The position numbers were made by a program, and so were the translations under genes. A model generated the notes under the pieces. The model worked only from the letters and a program-made list of their open reading frames with translations. It did not search any database and was not told where the DNA came from. A stretch of 63,594 bases of DNA, the filler included. It is 15 parts of 15 records of this genome, joined end to end, with 100 filler letters (N's around TTAATTAATTAA, not from the genome) between each part and the next. Parts side by side here need not be neighbours in the genome. Positions count along the whole stretch, not along the records: positions 55,710 to 58,784 come from SRR15195285_9530; positions 58,885 to 63,594 come from SRR15195285_9533; 13 more parts are not named here. One strand, given 5' to 3'. This document shows positions 57,345 to 63,594 of this stretch, piece after piece (within the stretch, counting starts at the first letter, position 1; every line of letters starts with the position of its first letter).

Positions 57345-58571
57345 TCAGAGTTTAGGAGCAGCACTCCACTCGGGACGAAGGATCGGGACCACCGCACGCA
57401 CAGCATCAAGCATTGCCGCCCCAAACTTCGAGCAGCGTGGGGGCGACCAACCTTCAGCTGGCATTGGATTATTCGCACAGTCCTTGAAGGGCATCTCGAG
57501 CGTGACAGCTAGGCAGTCGAATCGTTGCGCTACCTGCGCAGTGCATCCTCGTGGGAGGCCAGGTCGCCGAGGCTGCTCAGCACCTGGAAGAATCGGTGTT
57601 GGTGGTGGGTCACCTGGCGCACGATGGTAGCCGTAGACATCTTGAAAATCCGGCGATGCGGCGACGAGCGCGGCTTGAAAGATCTGATAGAGCTGCGACC
57701 TGCGGTTGCCTGCAAAGAAATTGTAGGGCAGGCCCTCGTCGCCATGCGCATCGATGCAACAGTCGACACCGGAAGCGTCCATGGCTTTGAGCACCCAGTA
57801 AACTTCTGGGCTCATGGAGAGCGTTGGGGCGTCGTAGTCCTCTCCACTTGGCTTCTGAGATGGACACCACTCACGATTAAGGTTAGCCCCTGCCGCATTC
57901 GTGCGGAGGTGACCACGAGCGCAACCGTCCGGATTGATGCGTGGAACGACGTGAAAGGTGCACTGTTCCAACAGCTTGTGGCTCACGGGATCGGCTGGAT
58001 CAAGTAGCCGCGCCAGCAAGCCCTCGACCCACCAGCTTGCCATGTGTTCACCAGGGTGCTGCTGGCACACAATCCAAATCTGCGCCCGCCCACCACCGAT
58101 CGTCAGCTCCTCTATCGGCCTGCCGTCCAATGAGTCTCCTAGCACCGTGAGCATTGCCGACGGCGAGGCGGCCGATCTCGCGACCATCTCCATGTAGCGT
58201 TCGGTACTGAACGGCGCGAAATAGCTGAGCCAGCAGGTATCGTGGGTTGGAGTAAGCGAGAATCGAAGCACGCCTGCAGCCTCGTCCCAGCTGGTGTCCG
58301 CAACGCGGCCCCAGGTCTGCTTGTCGTACGTGATCGCTGTCCTGTACCCATCCCAACCAGCGGGATACGCCGCCTCCCCCGCATTGAGCACGCGGAACGT
58401 CAGCGGCACCCCCTTCGCGTTGCTGACACGGAAGTGAAACCACTGCATGAACGTTTCATCCTCAAGATCGCTGTGTGGCTCCGGCACAAGCCTCAGCTGG
58501 ACATCGGCGGGGTCACTGGCGTCGACCACCTCGATCGAGCCGCTGTCGAAGAGGTGGCTGATCACGACCAT
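57345..58571 (-). CDS. Bacterial-type cytosolic zinc carboxypeptidase (M14, with N-terminal CCP domain); intronless
   Basis: FDSGSI, QWFHF, YFAPFS, QHPGE, NPDG..RGHLRTNAAGANLNREW, DAHGDE and TLEMPFKD. Confidence 0.93.
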   Translation of the reverse strand: MVVISHLFDSGSIEVVDASDPADVQLRLVPEPHSDLEDETFMQWFHFRVSNAKGVPLTFRVLNAGEAAYPAGWDGYRTAITYDKQTWGRVADTSWDEAAGVLRFSLTPTHDTCWLSYFAPFSTERYMEMVARSAASPSAMLTVLGDSLDGRPIEELTIGGGRAQIWIVCQQHPGEHMASWWVEGLLARLLDPADPVSHKLLEQCTFHVVPRINPDGCARGHLRTNAAGANLNREWCPSQKPSGEDYDAPTLSMSPEVYWVLKAMDASGVDCCIDAHGDEGLPYNFFAGNRRSQLYQIFQAALVAASPDFQDVYGYHRAPGDPPPTPILPGAEQPRRPGLPRGCTAQVAQRFDCLAVTLEMPFKDCANNPMPAEGWSPPRCSKFGAAMLDAVRAVVPILRPEWSAAPKL

Positions 58572-59872
58572 GCTCTATGAATGTTCTGATGCGCGGTGTG
58601 GGTCTGTGGGAGACTGCCGCGCGGAGTGACAGTGGCCAATTTATGCTCAACGTACCGACTGCTTACGTAGTGCTTACCTCAGCGCTTGCGCGCCTTCCAG
58701 CTCCTTGCGGCGCCGCGCTACGAGCTCCGCGTGAACATTCCGACATTCGATATTCTGCGCAACTACGATATAGAAGAAACACAANNNNNNNNNNNNNNNN
58801 NNNNNNNNNNNNNNNNNNNNNNNNNNNNTTAATTAATTAANNNNNNNNNNNNNNNNNNNNNNNNNNNNNNNNNNNNNNNNNNNNAAAGTCGCGCTTGGGC
58901 TCCGGAGCGTTCCATCTATGAACCCCGCAGCCCCTCCCAGGTGGGAAAGCAGTGTAAGCGTCCATTCATGATGTACTCTCTCTTGCGAGGACCGTCTGGG
59001 CTGGTGACCGGGCTGGGTCGCGAGGGTCCACCCACCTTCCCCAGGCCTGCCAGCCCCGCTCGCATCGCCCCCCACCCCGCCGAGGTGCCCGTCGGGCAGT
59101 AGGAGCTCCATCGTGAGCATTCTTGGTGCCAAAAAGTGCCGCCATGAGTGCGGCCATGATGTTGATGAGTGCCGCGGTTGACTCGGTTGCAATCTCATCA
59201 TTGAATCTGGGCACTGCACCGAATACTGAACAGCTCAGTCGCGGATGCTCGTGCGCGAAATGTCATTTTAGAATTTATCTTATTTATCTTATATGCTACT
59301 ACCTTAGGTAGTATAGAGTACTCTAATGCGATACGTACAGTATACGCAACTTAATAAAGCTATAGCTAGATAGCGAACCGCGCGCAGCGTCGCATCACCG
59401 CGCCACCGGCGACGGCGAACACGCTGCTGGTGAGCAGTAGTCGAACACGCACGCAGGTGCAAAGGAGGAGATACGATACGTGTATAGCCGTAGCCTATAG
59501 CCCGTAGCTTGATGGTGGTCGCCTCCCGTTTCCTTGGCGCAGAGGGGGCTGGGGAGTCACATGTAGTACCCGTGCCCCTCAAGATTCTCGGCGTCGCAGT
59601 GGTTCGTACATTACAATATTCGATATATGCGCCCAGCTCGTCGCCATACAACCACTACAATTGTATATACCAGCAGGACTCTCAGACGTACACGCTCGCC
59701 GCTCGTCCGTCTACGGCCAATGCTTCGCTACGTGCACGGATCTTCTAGAGTGCGGACCTCTGAATTGATCGGTGCTTCTTCTTGGTTGGAGCAGGTGCTC
59801 CTCTTCGGGTACGCGCTGCGCTATCTGCAGGTGCTATTCGCGCGCCGCAGGCTCCAGCAGCCCAAGCGCCTG

Positions 59873-61222
59873 ATGGACGCCACACCAGCAGAGTCCCTGC
59901 TGAGCGCCGAGGCTCCCGGTGGGAGGGGTGTGGCGCCACTTGCGCGTGCCACACCGATCGTGTTCGCGGGCACCGGCTCGGCCATCTTCGCGTTCGAGTT
60001 CCACCACGACGGTCGCATGGTGCGGATCGGGGCACCCGTGCCCGCTGGTGGCAGCCCCACTTGGCTGGTCCCCGACCCGACCTTTCGCCGCCTGTACGCA
60101 GTGGATGAGGCGAGCACTGGCGGCGGCTGTGCTTCGTTCGCGATCCGGCGCGACGGCTCTCCGAACCCTCTGCATTTCCTGAACAAGGTCAAGGATCCAC
60201 TCTCACCCAGTGGTCCCTGCCACTGCTGCGTGGACGGGACCGGCAAATGGTTGCTGGCCTCAAACTACGGACATGGATCGATCTGCGTCTACGAGATCAC
60301 CGAGATGGGAACTCTCGGCCACGTGGTCGATACCCGCAACTTTGGGAGCGAGACACGGCCGTCGCATGCGCACTGTGGTGCCTTCTCTCCTGACAACGGC
60401 CATGCCTTCATTTGTGACCTCGGCCTCGATGGCATCCATCAATTCCAGTTTGATGAACGCACAGGTCGCTTGGTTGAGAACCCAAACGAACCTTTCGTGC
60501 ACTCGTCACCTGGCTCTGGGCCACGTCATATCGCTTTTCACCCACGTGGGAACGCGGCCTACACGATCAACGAGAAAGACTCAACGGTCGACACTTTTGC
60601 GTATCTTGGACGGGAGGTCGGCAGACTCCGTCGGCAACAGACTCTTCCGACACTACCCACACATTTTAAAGGCGAATCATACTGCGCCGCGATCAAAGTC
60701 TCGGCCGACGGGCGTCACGTGTACGGTTCCAATCGGGCGGTGGAACCAGCGCGATCCTCTGTGATCTGCTTCGCCGTGACAGAGACACCAGGAGCGCCAC
60801 TAGACACCGTTCTGGAGCAGGTGGGTTGGGTTGGAGAAAGCATCAGTTGGCCACGTGGTATGAGCTTGTCTCCGTCTGGACGACACATGATCGTGGCTAA
60901 CCAGAGGGGACTATACGGCGACACGATTGCAGTTTTTGATCGTGACGAGCACACTGGTGAGGCAGACCACGCACAATCATGACATTGGCAAGTAGACGAG
61001 ATGGCACGCTCGTCCCCCAGGCCGGGCGAGGCACGTTCATCACGCGCCAGCCTCCGCTCCATTGCTGTGTGCTTATGGCTGTCGTGTTGGCTTGTGTTCT
61101 GGTTAGGCATGCTCTCGCTATCGCGCAATTCCGAAGGAGAGGACAACGTGTTCCCGTGCCCAGACCCACAATCGATTGATTGGGTCCCCGCGAACGATGT
61201 TCCGTATACACTTCTGGCATGA
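59873..61222 (+). CDS. pgl: 6-phosphogluconolactonase / lactonase (7-bladed beta-propeller, YbhE/Pgl family); 2 exons
   Basis: LYAVDE, PCH, ASNYG.GS, SHAH, DLGLD, GSGPRHIAFHP, YGSNR, WPR and VANQ. Intron 60957-61106 gives TG|MLS...PDPQSI. Confidence 0.88.
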
Positions 61223-61800
61223 TGCGACTGTACTGTACATGAGTCATTAGTGACGAATCGTCTGTTGTTGTATCCAGGCTCTCTCCCAAGTAGCTCCTGG
61301 ATCTCAGTGGCAGCGAGCGTGACGCCACTCAGCGCAGCACTACATATACACGGTAGTAATGCCAGATCCGGCAGCTCCTTCTGGTCAGACGCTAGTGATG
61401 GCATTTCAGAAGACCTGGATGCCTTGGGGGCAGTGCGAGGGCGGAGGCTATGGCATCGGGCTGGCACGGTTGCAGCTGTGAAGGAGGTTTCAAGGTGACG
61501 CACTGCGACGCAGGTGGATGAAGCGAACGCAGTAAAGTGCATTGAACTAGCTGCAACACATGGACACCTCTCGAGACACCGTAAACGTAGGCGCGCTCGC
61601 CCACCTGGAAGTGAGTCTTACAATCATCACCACAGCTCTTTCTTCAGCACCACCGTGTAGTACTCATCACCGAGGCCTGGCAGCGCGTTGCGCGCCATGA
61701 GAGTCCACGGATGTCGGAGTTTGTAGCACGTCTACAGTTCACGTCAACGTGCTAGCATCATTAGCTAGGGGATATCCGCGCCATCAGCTGGATCGTGAGC

Positions 61801-62781
61801 TCAGGAGCGCTCAATTTTGCGGCTGCACCAATGCCAAGCAAATTACTTCAGGTTAACGAGTGCAGTAGGCAGGCTAGATGGACGTGGAGCAGTGACTTAC
61901 CAGCACTTCTTGAACTTCTTGCCGGAGCCACACGCACATGGTGCGTTCGGCTTCTGCTTCTTCACCAACCACTGTGGAGGCTGCTGTGCGCTCTCTTGCT
62001 TGCACTTGGAAACCCGATCTGCTGCGCTTCGATCAGCATGCTCCATAATCTTGCGTGCTGTCTCCTGCTCCTCCTTGTCGACTGCATGGTCATGCGACCG
62101 ATTGCTTGAATTGTTCACCTGGTTCTGAACTCGAGACTGCTGTTGGTGCTGCTCTAGCTTCATTGCCTCAGCTTTGGCGCGTTCACCGATCGACCGTAGC
62201 TCCTCATGAAGGCGAGCCTCCATTTCTTGCTTCCCATTCTGCATCTTGGGTCGAACCTCGTCCCGCTCTTGCTTTGCCTGCGTGCTGAGCTTCTTCTGAT
62301 GACTACGCTGTCCACGCACTTTTTTGTCCACGTCCTGTTCGTCTTCTCGTCTTGGTTGCGCGTCGCTGCTGCGCTGCTGTTGAGACCGTGCGTTGGTTTG
62401 CTCTGTGACCTGTTCTGTAGGTACTGCATTTCCGTGCCGATCTTCTTCAACACCAGGCTCTACCTGCTCTATGTCCGAGTCGCTACTGTTGACGTTGATC
62501 CACGCCTCCTCGTCGTCGAACACGAACTGGCAATTGTCCGGGGCTGCAGACAGTGTCGCCGATTGCACTGTGTCGATCGTCTCCCAGCCGTCTGAACGTG
62601 CTTGTACCTGGGCTTGGGTGGGCCATTGGCACGTCCACAATTTCTCGACAGACGAGTCCTGCACAGGCGACTGCGGGGGCGTCGTGATCGGCGATGCTCT
62701 CTGTGGCCGCGAGCTGAAGCCTGCGCTGGGTGATGCTGTCGGCGAGCTCGGAAAGAGAATATTGCTGAACGCGCGGATCAT
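61801..62781 (-). CDS. Low-complexity/coiled-coil protein with C-terminal SEC-C zinc motif; 2 exons
   Basis: KQKPNAPCACGSGKKFKKC|C. Intron 61823-61900 (GTAAGT..GCAG) restores the CC pair and ends CRKIERS*. Confidence 0.78.
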
Positions 62782-63594
62782 GGTACCCGGCGGTACGTTT
62801 GCCCACAGAACACTGCGTGCGGGCGTGTCCCACTGAGCTGGAGGCAGTGGCGCGGCAAGAGCGTTTCAACCTCACGCCCCACCACCGTTAGCGCCAGTCG
62901 CAACCGCTACAGAGCCGTAGCCGCTACTAGATCTAGTACTGCTTGTCGCGATGCGCCACCACCACAGCCACGGCGACGAACGGACACTTGCGTGCTGCGA
63001 CCGCGCGCGGCGCATGCGCAATACTCATACGGTACTATACCTCTACTAGCTAGATCAGTAGATCTCCGAGTACGTGTACTGTGCAATCATCTGGATGAGT
63101 TGTACCAGTACTATCGAGGAATCGTACTGTACTCGCGGGTACCAGCATGTGTATCGCGGTCGTCACGTCTGAGACGTCTCCACGCGAACGGATGATCGGC
63201 GCGTGCGTGTGCGACCCCTACGCACGCGCCCTCGCGCTCGCAGGGTGAGGGGTCGCGTTGATCAAGAGTCAACCAGGGTACCAGGGGGGACAGGAATTCC
63301 TCATTCATGACTGCACATTGTCTGGAAATTGCTGAGAATCTGAGAATTTGTAGGTCCTAAATAGATGAAACACGGTCTGTCGAGCCTGAAATTTTAGAAT
63401 TTCTCAGCTTCTCGCATGCGAAAGGGACGGATTGACCAAGCGCCGTGATTTTCGGCTTTTTGAAAATAAGAATACCTGGCTCGACCGATCTCGAAAATAC
63501 CATCGAAAAGAGCCCCCAAAGGAGGAAATTTTAAAATGATTAAGCACCGTTTTAAGAGAAGATGTTGGGAAGTTTACAGGTAGGAGAGCTCACA

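Noticed and set aside
52072-58571. Apparent bacterial-style cluster of CHAT protease, glycosidase and peptidase (defence island or operon)
   Set aside because: A linker at 55610-55709 separates the genes, so adjacency is artificial. The flanks share the TA-rich signature of the intron-containing contigs.
6532-58884. Regularly recurring TTAATTAATTAA flanked by Ns, superficially a repeat array or CRISPR
   Set aside because: It is an artificial six-frame-stop linker used to concatenate contigs.
58885-59219. Short minus-strand ORFs at the start of the last contig
   Set aside because: No recognisable motif, and truncated by the contig edge, so no call is supportable.
550-61900. Possible introner (mobile intron) family or non-canonical introns
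   Set aside because: All introns I resolved are GT-AG, and I saw no shared internal sequence or terminal repeats among them by eye.
145-62781. Alternative genetic code or stop-codon readthrough to explain fragmented ORFs
   Set aside because: The fragmentation is explained by canonical introns, and TAA, TAG and TGA all serve as true stops.

Overview
This window is not one locus. It is 15 short assembly contigs (about 3-6.5 kb each) joined by artificial 100-nt linkers (N-run + TTAATTAATTAA + N-run), so gene neighbourhoods across linkers mean nothing. The DNA is from a GC-rich, gene-dense microbial eukaryote. Genes have short GT-AG introns (mostly about 60-150 nt; donors GTGCG/GTACG/GTGAG/GTAAG) that I spliced by hand into about 25 coherent genes. 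The content suggests a marine heterotrophic protist (reminiscent of Picozoa single-cell genomes, from memory and unverified): glycoside hydrolase-like proteins, sulfatases, Cys-rich surface proteins, housekeeping genes (Dcp1, TcdA, phosphoglycolate phosphatase, lactonase) and an intronless SEC-C/TPR/CHAT caspase-like protease. I found no rRNA, tRNA, CRISPR array or transposase. The most notable signals are: (1) candidate polyprotein-processing linkers (KTDD between two enzyme domains; RRRxQ before Cys modules; C-terminal GH); (2) TpA/GTAC/CTAG-rich islands upstream of most gene starts; (3) a shared 14-bp-arm palindromic mini-element on two unrelated contigs; (4) repeated domain-inside-domain insertions; (5) an out-of-frame sulfatase/beta-helix chimera; (6) a SET protein with a signal peptide and an altered SAM-binding motif.
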